A DNA stretch of 64,000 nt from a bacterium (GTDB lineage: Bacteria > Patescibacteriota > Patescibacteriia > UBA9934 > GWF2-40-263). How positions within the stretch are numbered: the first letter of the stretch is position 1; each line of letters begins with the position of its first letter. Shown piece after piece: positions 20,589 through 29,029 of the stretch. The DNA lies in assembly GCA_020051955.1 (NCBI GenBank), contig JAGVQB010000045.1:1356-65355 (forward strand). Direction: 5' to 3'. The position numbers and the translations under genes were made by a program. The notes below the pieces were generated by a model. That model was not told the origin of the DNA, ran no database searches, and saw only the letters and a list, made by a program, of their open reading frames with translations.

Positions 20589-20842
20589 TTCGACTACCGT
20601 TGTTTTTTACAACGGCAGTCGAATGTCCCGAGCGAGCGCTAGCGAGCCGAGGGGCTGGTGGGTAACAACCGCTCATGGTCTGCGACCGTGTTGTGAAAAG
20701 AAGAGACTGAGGGTTCAAGACTCACTGGCTTGACCAGACAAAAAAATCGACGATCGTCGATTTTTTTGTCATCAATAACGTTTGGCAGAAGGCAGGTTAA
20801 ACATTCAATTTTAAAAACGGATCTATTCGATCCGTTTTTAAA

Positions 20843-20917
<75 letters not shown>

Positions 20918-20983
20918 AAACAACTTTCAGAATTGGCAATCTGCCTAAACAAATGTGGCCCACCACGTCGCTCGCGAGCGACG

Positions 20984-21060
20984 TGGTGGGCGTGGATGGA
21001 CTCGAACCATCGACCTCAACATTATCAGTGTTGCGCTCTAACCACCTGAGCTACACGCCC
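20984..21060 (-). tRNA. tRNA-Ile(GAT)
   Basis: Reverse complement GGGCGTGTAGCTCAGGTGGTTAGAGCGCAACACTGATAATGTTGAGG...CCCACCA. Confidence 0.96.
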
Positions 21061-21070
21061 TTATTTTTTT

Positions 21071-21144
21071 GGCGTGTAGCGAAGGTGGTTGACCACCTGC
21101 CCGCCCACCATAGCCCGAAGGGCGACGGCGGGAGCTACACGCCC
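21071..21144 (-). pseudogene. Interrupted plus inverted 5' fragments of tRNA-Ile
   Basis: GGGCGTGTAGCTC-[palindromic insert]-CAGGTGGT followed by an antisense copy ACCACCTTCGCTACACGCC. Confidence 0.75.
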
Positions 21145-21148
21145 GTAT

Positions 21149-21277
21149 GAATAACGTTCAGAATTGGCGATCTGCTCGCTCTTCGGTCGGAAACTCGCTC
21201 GCTGTAGGATTCACCTACACCTCGCGAGCTTTCCTTCCTGCAGAGCGTCGCATCTCATTTAATTCTGAACGTTATTC
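21149..21277. mobile_element. 129 bp MITE-like element
   Basis: Perfect 17 bp terminal inverted repeats GAATAACGTTCAGAATT/AATTCTGAACGTTATTC with internal stems; partial related sequence at ~20927. Confidence 0.7.
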
Positions 21278-21304
21278 GTTTGAATGATTTGAAAGAACGG
21301 CGAT

Positions 21305-21333
21305 ACTATATCAAGGCATAAAAGTGTTGGCAA
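21305..21333 (-). promoter_or_regulatory. Sigma70 promoter for tRNA-Ile/tRNA-Phe
   Basis: TTGCCA-N17-TATAGT on minus strand. Confidence 0.65.
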
Positions 21334-21411
21334 GGCTATTTTATACGTAAGGAAATATAAAAAGCGACACGCGTATCGTGTCGCTTTGCGTTTAGAGGAG
21401 GACTCGCTTCA

Positions 21412-22317
21412 CTAGTCTTCGCGCGGCAGGCTTGCGAGCCACTCTCTTCTACCATTGAGTTTCGGGACGACCTCGACCTCGTATTCCCAGCCGTAATGCG
21501 CCGGGATCTCAAGAATCGATTCAGGATACGATGGCGATGTGAGTTGATGGCGTCCTCCATGATTGTCAGTGGCTATCACGGAGAACTTGTGACCTTTTTG
21601 CGCGCGAAGCATTCTTGTCCCTGGGAGAAGAATGACGCGGGCAGGTGAGGTCTGAATGGAGTACTTGTCGAAGCGCAAGAACTGGTCGCAGGCTTCGCTC
21701 AAGTTGATGACCGCGAGGCGCCGGAGCGTTACGCGAGTGACAACCAGACGTTCGCTTCCGCCCGTTCTCACAACCACCGGGTCTGGCGCGTCGTAGAGGC
21801 GATCATCGATCAGGAGCGTTCTTGGGAACTTGATTCTGACGCTGGTTGTCCCATCGTGCGGGATTCCCAGCCATCTCTCGCCGTTATTCCCCGGTTGCCA
21901 TGGCACGGCCTTGTCGATGACTAGTTCGCCACCGACCAGCCCGGATAGCTTGAGCGCGACAACGCGTTCGCACATTCCATCTGGAAGCGAACGTTGCTGG
22001 CGCACGTAGTCCTGTCGCATACCAAGCGGCATCCAGTCTCGAAGGGACACAGGGCTCTCCACGGAGCACTTCTCGGTCCACGAGTCGTGCAACGTGTTAT
22101 CTTCCGTCAGCGCATCGCCGTCGATCAGCTCGAAGGCAATCCAAAGCAAGCCGTCTTCTTTGCGCGATCGTGGGGCATCGTCGTTTGTTGTTGTGAACGA
22201 CGTCCAGATTGTGCCATCGTCCTCGAACGTTGATTGTGCCCCGGCAATCTCTGGGAAAAACCAGGCGATTGGGATGATGAGAATGAGGGCGAAGAGGTTC
22301 AAGCGGTTTCGTTCCAT
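21412..22317 (-). CDS. Hypothetical secreted protein
   Basis: AAGGAG RBS before MERNRLNLFALILIIPIAWFFPEIAGA signal peptide; GC3-rich codons. Confidence 0.75.
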   Translation of the reverse strand: MERNRLNLFALILIIPIAWFFPEIAGAQSTFEDDGTIWTSFTTTNDDAPRSRKEDGLLWIAFELIDGDALTEDNTLHDSWTEKCSVESPVSLRDWMPLGMRQDYVRQQRSLPDGMCERVVALKLSGLVGGELVIDKAVPWQPGNNGERWLGIPHDGTTSVRIKFPRTLLIDDRLYDAPDPVVVRTGGSERLVVTRVTLRRLAVINLSEACDQFLRFDKYSIQTSPARVILLPGTRMLRAQKGHKFSVIATDNHGGRHQLTSPSYPESILEIPAHYGWEYEVEVVPKLNGRREWLASLPRED

Positions 22318-23823
22318 TTTCTTTTTCTCCTTGAGGCGGGAACGAAAAACCCATCTGCACACAATTGTGCGGATGGGGGGTTGGGTACTTATATTCCAGC
22401 ATGATTTTTTGATCCCGTCAACGGGGCTTCTGTGGAAAACTAAAAACATTCGGCAGTGCCGAATGTTTTGAAACCAATTCTCTACTTTGTGATTGCAACG
22501 TGTATTCCCTTGCTCGGTCTTTAAACCGAACTGTTCTGATCAATCTGATTGATCTCGACCTAGGAACATGTCCCGACCCTTAGGTCAGGAAAAATCCCTA
22601 AAAAGGAGGTGATCCACCCACAGCTTCCGCTACGGGTGCCTTGTTACGACTTCGTCCCTATCATTGATCCCACCTTCCGCCGCCCTACGGCGACGTTCGG
22701 GTGTTACCAATTCTCTTGACGTGACGGGCGGTGAGTACAAGACCCGAGAACGTATTCACGGCCACGTGGCTGATTGGCCGTTACTAGCGATTCCAACTTC
22801 ATGAGGTCGGGTTGCAGACCTCAATCTGAACTGAGACCAGTTTTGTGGGATTAGCTCCGGATTACTCCTTGGCTGCCCATTGTACTGGCCATTGTAGCGC
22901 GCGTGTCGCCCTGGACGTAAGGGCCATGCTGATTTGACGTCATCCTCGCCTTCCTCCCGGTTGCCCGGGCAGTCTCCTGCGACACTTATAACGCAGGACA
23001 AGGGTTGCGCTCGTTACCCCACTTAAGGGAACAGCTCACGCCACGAGCTGACGACAACCATGCAGCACCTAGACAGCACCTTCGAAAGCGGCCCACCTTT
23101 CGGCAGGCTTGCAGCTGTCTTTCAAGCCCAGGTAAGGTTCCTCGCTTACCATCGAATTAAACCGCACGCTCCACCGCTTGTGCGGGTCCCCGTCTATTCC
23201 TTTATGTTTTAGTCTTGCGACCGTACTCCACAGGCGGAATGCTTAATGCGTTAGCTTGGTTAACCGGCTCCGAGAGGGTCGATACTCCCGAAACCTAGCA
23301 TTCATAGTTTACGGCGTGGACTACTGGGGTATCTAATCCCATTCGCTCCCCACGCTTTCGTCCCTCAGTGTCAGAAATGTTCTAGCAGATTGCTTTCGCC
23401 TTTGGTGTTCTTGCCGATATTAACGCATTTTACCGCTACACCGGCAATTCCATCTGCCTCTCCCATTCTCTAGTCTTGCAGTATCACTTACAGACTTCAG
23501 GTTGAGCCTGAAGATTTCGCATATGACTTGCAAAACCACCTACGGACCCTTTACGCCCAATAAATCCGGATAACGCTTGAGGTCTCTGTATTACCGCTGC
23601 TGCTGGCACAGAGTTAGCAACCTCTTATTCATTAGGTACCGTCATTTGTTCGTCCCTAATAAAAGCTCTTTACGACCCGAAGGCCTTCATCGAGCACGCG
23701 GCATTGCTCCGTCACACTTTCGTGCATTGCGGAAGATTCTTGACTGCAGCCTCCCGTAGGAGTCTGGGCAGTGTCTCAGTCCCAGTGAGCCGGGCCACGC
23801 TCTCACGCCCGGTACCCGTCGAA

Positions 23824-23855
<32 letters not shown>

Positions 23856-24004
23856 GATAGGACATAGGCCCCTCTCGAACCGGCGGACCTTTCAATGGGA
23901 ATGACCGAAGTCCCCCCATCAATATCGTGTATTAGCCATCGTTTCCAATGGTTGTTCACGAGTTCGAGGTAGGTTACCAATGTGTTCCGCTCCCGTTTGC
24001 CACT

Positions 24005-24437
24005 AACAGTAGTCAGACATCGGATGTCGGTAGTTGGAATTATTTCCAAGATTCACGGAGACGATACAATTGCTTGCCAACGACTGTGTATTCTTCGATC
24101 AGTTTGTTACTGAACGTTGAATCCATAGCGCCGACAGCTACTGCGTCGCTTATGTGACTTTTGATTTCATTACAAGATCCAAGTGACCTTGTTAGATAAT
24201 TCCTGAATTCGGCAGCACTCCTTCCGTACCCTTCGGCTACATTCGCGTGAATTGAATTTGCTGATCTGCAAATCTGATCACGCAGATGCCAAAGATGAGA
24301 TGGAAACGCTTTCGTGATACTCACTACTTGTGGGTACAATTTCTTTGATCGTTGGAAAACGTCAAGCCTTTCGTATCCGTTCATATATGTTGAGTATATC
24401 ACTGCCGACTACTGACCTCTGAAGTCCGACTACTGCT
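24005..24437 (-). other. 16S intervening sequence: extended helix-6 stem enclosing an ORF
   Basis: ~35 bp imperfect inverted repeat 24005-24039 / 24403-24437 made of heptamers. Confidence 0.9.
24040..24384 (-). CDS. Four-helix-bundle protein (23S_rRNA_IVP / TIGR02436-like)
   Basis: YERLDVFQRS...FP...LRDQICRSANSIHANVAEGYGR...F..YL..SLGSCNE. Confidence 0.93.
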   Translation of the reverse strand: MNGYERLDVFQRSKKLYPQVVSITKAFPSHLWHLRDQICRSANSIHANVAEGYGRSAAEFRNYLTRSLGSCNEIKSHISDAVAVGAMDSTFSNKLIEEYTVVGKQLYRLRESWK

Positions 24438-24462
24438 CGTTCAACTTGCATGCCTTAGACAT

Positions 24463-24499
<37 letters not shown>

Positions 24500-24715
24500 A
24501 AAAAATGCTTTGGGTCTTACGACCTCAAAGCTCTGTTGTTTTGTGACTTTTGTCACTACTAGGAATAACGTTGCAATCACACAGTAGATAATTGTGTGAT
24601 TTGGTAGATTGGTTTGTTTAGTTGTAAAGATCCAGCAAGAGACATTTTTAAAACCCTCGCAGGGCCTCCCCCGGGAGAGCTTCTTTTGGAACGTATATTT
24701 GTAACTTGCGGGCGC

Positions 24716-24744
24716 ATTTTAGAAAAAGCACGTAATACTGTCAA
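24716..24744 (-). promoter_or_regulatory. 16S rRNA promoter
   Basis: TTGACA-N17-TAAAAT followed by GC-rich discriminator GCGCCC. Confidence 0.8.
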
Positions 24745-24781
24745 GGACACATTGGGGAAAGGGTGGAGAAAGGTGTTTTCT

Positions 24782-24810
24782 TTGACAAAACAAGATGTTT
24801 TTGTTATCTT
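24782..24810 (+). promoter_or_regulatory. Putative promoter for khpA
   Basis: TTGACA-N17-TATCTT. Confidence 0.55.
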
Positions 24811-24916
24811 ATTGTTGTTCATTACCTTTGTCTCTGGCGTGCATCCATGCTCGCGGGTCGACAGAAAAAGATAAGGTTAATGATTACTTGATTCGATAAT
24901 AGTCGATGCAACAGCT

Positions 24917-25294
24917 ATGGCTGACAAGCTTTTCGACCAGGAGTTCGTCGAATACATCGTGCGCGCGATCGTCAATCATCCAGAGGACGTCCGCACCGAG
25001 CGTATTGTTGACGAACGTGGCGTGCTCATCACCCTCTTCATAAACCAAGAGGACATGGGTTACGTAATTGGTCGCCAGGGTCAGACTGCTCGTTCTGTGC
25101 GGACTCTGCTCAAGATCGTTGGCGCAAAGGAGAATGCCCGCGTCAACCTCAAGATCTATGAGCCAGAAGGCGCACGCCGCCCACCACGTCGTGAAGATCG
25201 TCCAGGCGATGATCGCACTCCTCGCGACGATCGTGGACCACGCGATGACTTCCGTCGTAGTGACGACACGTCTGTAGATGATCTGGGTATCTAG
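24917..25294 (+). CDS. khpA: KH-domain RNA-binding protein KhpA
   Basis: IVNHPEDV, DMGYVIGRQGQTARSVRTLL; adjacent to trmD. Confidence 0.92.
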   Translation: MADKLFDQEFVEYIVRAIVNHPEDVRTERIVDERGVLITLFINQEDMGYVIGRQGQTARSVRTLLKIVGAKENARVNLKIYEPEGARRPPRREDRPGDDRTPRDDRGPRDDFRRSDDTSVDDLGI

Positions 25295-25349
25295 ATCAAA
25301 AACCAAAAACCAGCTACTCTAATCGGTAGCTGGTTTTGATTTTATTTTT

Positions 25350-26084
25350 ATGGCAAAGAAAAAGATTCGACGTTTCGACATTCTGACAATTTTTCCAGAA
25401 ACAGTGACGCCCTATGTTCAGGCGTCGATTTTGGGTCGCGCGCAGGAGGCTGGGTTGATTGAGGTTAAGACGCATGACCTTCGCGTGTGGTCGACTGATA
25501 AGCATCATAAAGTTGATGACACGCCATATGGCGGGGGCCCTGGGATGGTGATGAAGGTTGAACCGTTTGAGAGGGCGGTGAGGGAACTCAAGGGAGGAGG
25601 GGTGAGGGGTGAGGGGAGAGGGAGGAGGGAGGAGGTGAGAGGGAAGACGCGGGTGATTCTTACGTCGGCTTCTGGTGAGACGTTCACTCAGAAAGACGCG
25701 AAGAGGTTGGAAAAGTACGATCACCTTATCTTTTTGTGCGGTCGTTATGAGGGAGTTGATCATCGCGTAGAAGAGTATGTCGCGGATGAAGCGTTTTCGA
25801 TCGGGGAGTATGTTTTAACTGGCGGTGAGTTACCTGCAATGGTGATGATAGACGCGATCGCGCGTCTGGTGCCTGGTGTGATTGAAAAAGATTCGCTCGC
25901 GCGCGAGTCGCATAGCAAGAAAGGTTACCGCGAGCATCCACAATATACGAAGCCCGCGGTTTACAGTCCCGGGGCTAGTGGGAGGGGTAAGACGATTGCA
26001 CAGTGGGAGATTCCCGACGTCCTTCTCTCCGGCGATCACAAAAAAATCGAGGAGTGGCGCAACAAACATTCAGTTACAAAATAA
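25350..26084 (+). CDS. trmD: tRNA (guanine37-N1)-methyltransferase
   Basis: DILTIFPE, VDDTPYGGGPGMV, CGRYEGVD, SIGEYVLTGGE, LLSGDH. Confidence 0.98.
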   Translation: MAKKKIRRFDILTIFPETVTPYVQASILGRAQEAGLIEVKTHDLRVWSTDKHHKVDDTPYGGGPGMVMKVEPFERAVRELKGGGVRGEGRGRREEVRGKTRVILTSASGETFTQKDAKRLEKYDHLIFLCGRYEGVDHRVEEYVADEAFSIGEYVLTGGELPAMVMIDAIARLVPGVIEKDSLARESHSKKGYREHPQYTKPAVYSPGASGRGKTIAQWEIPDVLLSGDHKKIEEWRNKHSVTK

Positions 26085-26122
26085 CGACCCAGTGTGGGTC
26101 GTTTGTGTCTAGAACGCTGTCT

Positions 26123-26554
26123 CTAGCAGTGGTCGATGTCGCAGATGTCCACCAGAACGCCGCCCAGGCTGATCGCCGATCTTGTGGCAGTCTCGAATCG
26201 ACTCGAGCTTGCCGGCGTGCTACCCAGCATGGCGTGATGGCGCGCCAGACCGTTGGCGATGTAGAGGAAGAAATTGTTCGATGCCACACTGTCCTCGGGC
26301 GACAGTCGCAGGAACGGAGCGAAATGCAAACGTGTGAAGATCGGAACCCTGCGGTACTCTTCCGCATTCCTGAGGAACGTCGAGAGGGCACGTTCTATCT
26401 CAGTCGGTGCCATACTTGCGTCGTGGAGGCCGCGTTGCATCTTCTCGTCGCACATCTCTTCATGCATGATCTCGACACCTTCGCGCCAGATCACACACGC
26501 CCACCTGCCGTTCTTGCAAAGAACGAGGTTGAATACGTCCCCTGCCTTCATCAC
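26123..26554 (-). CDS. Hypothetical protein
   Basis: ORF with AGGAGG RBS and GC3-rich codons. Confidence 0.6.
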   Translation of the reverse strand: MMKAGDVFNLVLCKNGRWACVIWREGVEIMHEEMCDEKMQRGLHDASMAPTEIERALSTFLRNAEEYRRVPIFTRLHFAPFLRLSPEDSVASNNFFLYIANGLARHHAMLGSTPASSSRFETATRSAISLGGVLVDICDIDHC

Positions 26555-26611
26555 ATCCTCCTGCGGACTTAGACAGACACCGCGCCGCGCGGTGTGTCTC
26601 TGTGTACGAGG

Positions 26612-27667
26612 CTAGTCGAAATTGGCGGGATTGTCAATGGATAGTTGCCCGCAGGCGGCCGTTATATCAGCACCCATCGCGCGGCGCACAGTGGCAGTGA
26701 CGTTATTTTTTTGTAGGGAGTCGTGGAAGGCGGTGATCGTTGTGTCATCAGAGCGTTCAAAATCAACACCTGTCAGGTTGTAGGGGATGAGGTTTACTTT
26801 TATGCGGCCGATTCGGTTTACAAAAGTTGAAAGCGCCTTGGCGTGAGTGGGGGAATCGTTTACTCCCTTGAGCATAACGTATTCGAAAGTGAGGTGATGG
26901 CGTCTGTTGCCGTGGAGCTTGAGATAATTCTTTGCCCAGCGTTCAAGTCCAGGCAGAAATTCATCGTAAGAAGTTGGTACGATTTGTTTGCGCGTTGATT
27001 CGATCGCGGAGTGGAGAGAAACAGCCAGGCGCACAGGCGGCCATTGTTTGTCAGTGAGGATTTGTTCCAGGCGCGGGAGTATGCCAACAGTTGAAACGGT
27101 AATGTGCGTGGGACCAATGTCGGTTTTTGCAAGCAATGTGTTGAGCGCGCCGCGGACTTCTTCGTAGTTCGCAAGTGGTTCTCCCATGCCCATTATTACG
27201 ATATTGGAAATGCGAGGCGAGGTGGTGAGGTGGTCAGGTGGTAAGGTGTTTTCGGAATACATTTTCCAAAAACGATATTGATCAACAATTTCATCACTTG
27301 AGAGGTTGCGCGTGAGTCCCATCTTTCCAGTCGCGCAAAAACTGCATCGCATCGCGCAACCAACCTGCGAGGACACGCAGATCGTCCATGCCCCACGCCG
27401 GTTGGCCATAAGCACACTCTCGATTTGTTTGCCACCCTCCACGTTGAGCAGAGCTTTGTGCGTTTCGCCATTCGCGCTGACTTGAATGTTGGCAAGCCCA
27501 ACCGACAGCCATGGGATTTCCTTGAGGCTCTCGCGCATGGATTTGGGAATTGTCGTTGCTTCATCCCAACCATTGGCAGACGAAAAAAGCGCGTCCTCGA
27601 TTTGCTTCCAGCGAAAAGCCGGTTCGTTTGGGAAAAGTTTTTCGAATTGAGTTTTGCGTGTCTCCAT
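26612..27667 (-). CDS. rlmN: 23S rRNA/tRNA m2A methyltransferase RlmN (radical SAM)
   Basis: CVSSQVGCAMRCSFCATG, MGMGEPL, DITAACGQL. Confidence 0.96.
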   Translation of the reverse strand: METRKTQFEKLFPNEPAFRWKQIEDALFSSANGWDEATTIPKSMRESLKEIPWLSVGLANIQVSANGETHKALLNVEGGKQIESVLMANRRGAWTICVSSQVGCAMRCSFCATGKMGLTRNLSSDEIVDQYRFWKMYSENTLPPDHLTTSPRISNIVIMGMGEPLANYEEVRGALNTLLAKTDIGPTHITVSTVGILPRLEQILTDKQWPPVRLAVSLHSAIESTRKQIVPTSYDEFLPGLERWAKNYLKLHGNRRHHLTFEYVMLKGVNDSPTHAKALSTFVNRIGRIKVNLIPYNLTGVDFERSDDTTITAFHDSLQKNNVTATVRRAMGADITAACGQLSIDNPANFD

Positions 27668-27712
27668 AAAATAATAGGCGAGAGCTTCTGCTCCCGCCTA
27701 TATTATATCTGA

Positions 27713-28060
27713 TTATTGCGCTGGTGTTTCAGCTGGTTTTTCTTTTGCGGCTTCCGCGGCTTTTGCGTCGAGTTTGGTTTTGCGCGTTTTTGAGATGTGG
27801 CTTACGCCGCGCTTCTCGCCTTCCACGATTTTTTCATCAACGAGCAGGTTCCACAGTGTGCTAGACACTTCAGCTCCTTGCGCGATCCAGTATTTAACGC
27901 GGTCAGCGTTGATTACCAATTCGCGTGGGTTTTTGCGTGGATCAAAGTGGCCGAGGATTTCTGTGTACTTAGCCCACGGGTCGCGGTGTTTTGGGATTAC
28001 GATGACTCGGTAGATTGGCGCGCCAGTTTTCCCAACGCGAGAGAGACGGATAGAAAGCAT
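27713..28060 (-). CDS. rpsP: 30S ribosomal protein S16
   Basis: MLSIRLSRVGK...YRVIV...ILGHFDP...RVKYWIAQGA. Confidence 0.97.
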   Translation of the reverse strand: MLSIRLSRVGKTGAPIYRVIVIPKHRDPWAKYTEILGHFDPRKNPRELVINADRVKYWIAQGAEVSSTLWNLLVDEKIVEGEKRGVSHISKTRKTKLDAKAAEAAKEKPAETPAQ

Positions 28061-28146
28061 AATTTTGGTCGTTGTGTTTGATTACGTAAACCGTGCCGCA
28101 AGGATAAGGAATCTGACTGGGAATGTCAACAAATAAGCCAAATACC

Positions 28147-28175
28147 TTGACAAAACGGTCAAAATATGATATTCT
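28147..28175 (+). promoter_or_regulatory. Sigma70 promoter upstream of the 28.4-29.9 kb unit
   Basis: TTGACA-N17-TATTCT with extended TG. Confidence 0.65.
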
Positions 28176-28234
28176 TGTCTCTTCTGTTTATTGTGAGAAG
28201 GGAGGAATTCCTCAATTGAGTGACTTATTTCCTG

Positions 28235-28294
28235 GTAGCCGCAGGCTTTAGCCTGTGTGCGATTCACGCGGCGCAGGCTGTAGCCTGCGGCCGC
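28235..28294. repeat. GTAG-type REP doublet (REPIN-like)
   Basis: GTAGCCGCAGGCTTTAGCCTG ... CGCAGGCTGTAGCCTGCGGCCGC inverted pair. Confidence 0.75.
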
Positions 28295-28381
28295 CACGGA
28301 AAGAATCGGCCGTTCAGTTGAGGGATTCATCCCCTGCCGTTGCTCATCCCGAGCGCGGTGCAAGTAAAGAGGTACGAGAAG

Positions 28382-28849
28382 ATGTCCAAGAACGTTGCCA
28401 TGCTCGTCTGCGCGGTTCTGTTCTTCCTCGCGGCCGTCGCCCAGGTGGCGCACGCCGACGAGACTTCGGTCGCGCCCGCGACCGTCTCGGTCACCTACGC
28501 CGGCGAGGAGTGGAAGCCCGGCAAGGCACTGGGCATCTGCGTCCAGACGGGTCTGCGGTCGAAGGGTCTACTCGGCGACTACTCCGTGGTCTTCAGCTTC
28601 ACCACGGAGAGCGTCATGACGTCGAGAGAGAGGTTCTGGGGTGCTCTTAGCTTCCTCCTCATCGACAGCGACGAGAACCTGATCTCCATGGCCTTCGGGC
28701 AGGAGGTCGGGGAGACGGCTGAGGAGTTGAAGCAGAGAGCGATCGGAGGAGACAAGCTGTCTCCAGGCGGTCGCTACTTCCTCTCGACCTGCGAGACACT
28801 CACGAATACCGTCGTGAGCTTCGTCCCGCGGGCGGAGGTGAAGGAGTAG
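28382..28849 (+). CDS. Hypothetical secreted protein
   Basis: Signal peptide MSKNVAMLVCAVLFFLAAVAQVAHA; very GC3-rich codons; GAGG RBS. Confidence 0.8.
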   Translation: MSKNVAMLVCAVLFFLAAVAQVAHADETSVAPATVSVTYAGEEWKPGKALGICVQTGLRSKGLLGDYSVVFSFTTESVMTSRERFWGALSFLLIDSDENLISMAFGQEVGETAEELKQRAIGGDKLSPGGRYFLSTCETLTNTVVSFVPRAEVKE

Positions 28850-28897
28850 GACGGAACCGGAACTAAGACAAGAAACGGGGGGTGCGGAGGAACGTCG

Positions 28898-29023
28898 ATG
28901 GACGACGACAGGGAGCTCATGAGGGATCTGGTGGAGATCTGGGTGGTAACCACCCTGTTTCAACTCCTCCTTTTCTGTGGGGCGTACCTGATAGGGTACT
29001 TCTTCACCGGGTTCTCGAGTTGA
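28898..29023 (+). CDS. 41 aa single-pass membrane peptide (below ORF-track cutoff)
   Basis: GGAGG RBS; MDDDRELMRDLVEIWVVTTLFQLLLFCGAYLIGYFFTGFSS; same codon style as the upstream gene. Confidence 0.65.
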   Translation: MDDDRELMRDLVEIWVVTTLFQLLLFCGAYLIGYFFTGFSS

Positions 29024-29029
29024 GTCCAC

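Noticed and set aside
24040-24384. Diversity-generating retroelement (Avd-like gene)
   Set aside because: No reverse transcriptase or TR/VR pair with adenine-specific mismatches seen in the window
24917-28060. rpsP separated from and inverted relative to khpA-trmD
   Set aside because: Simple local rearrangement; gene order here is known to be labile
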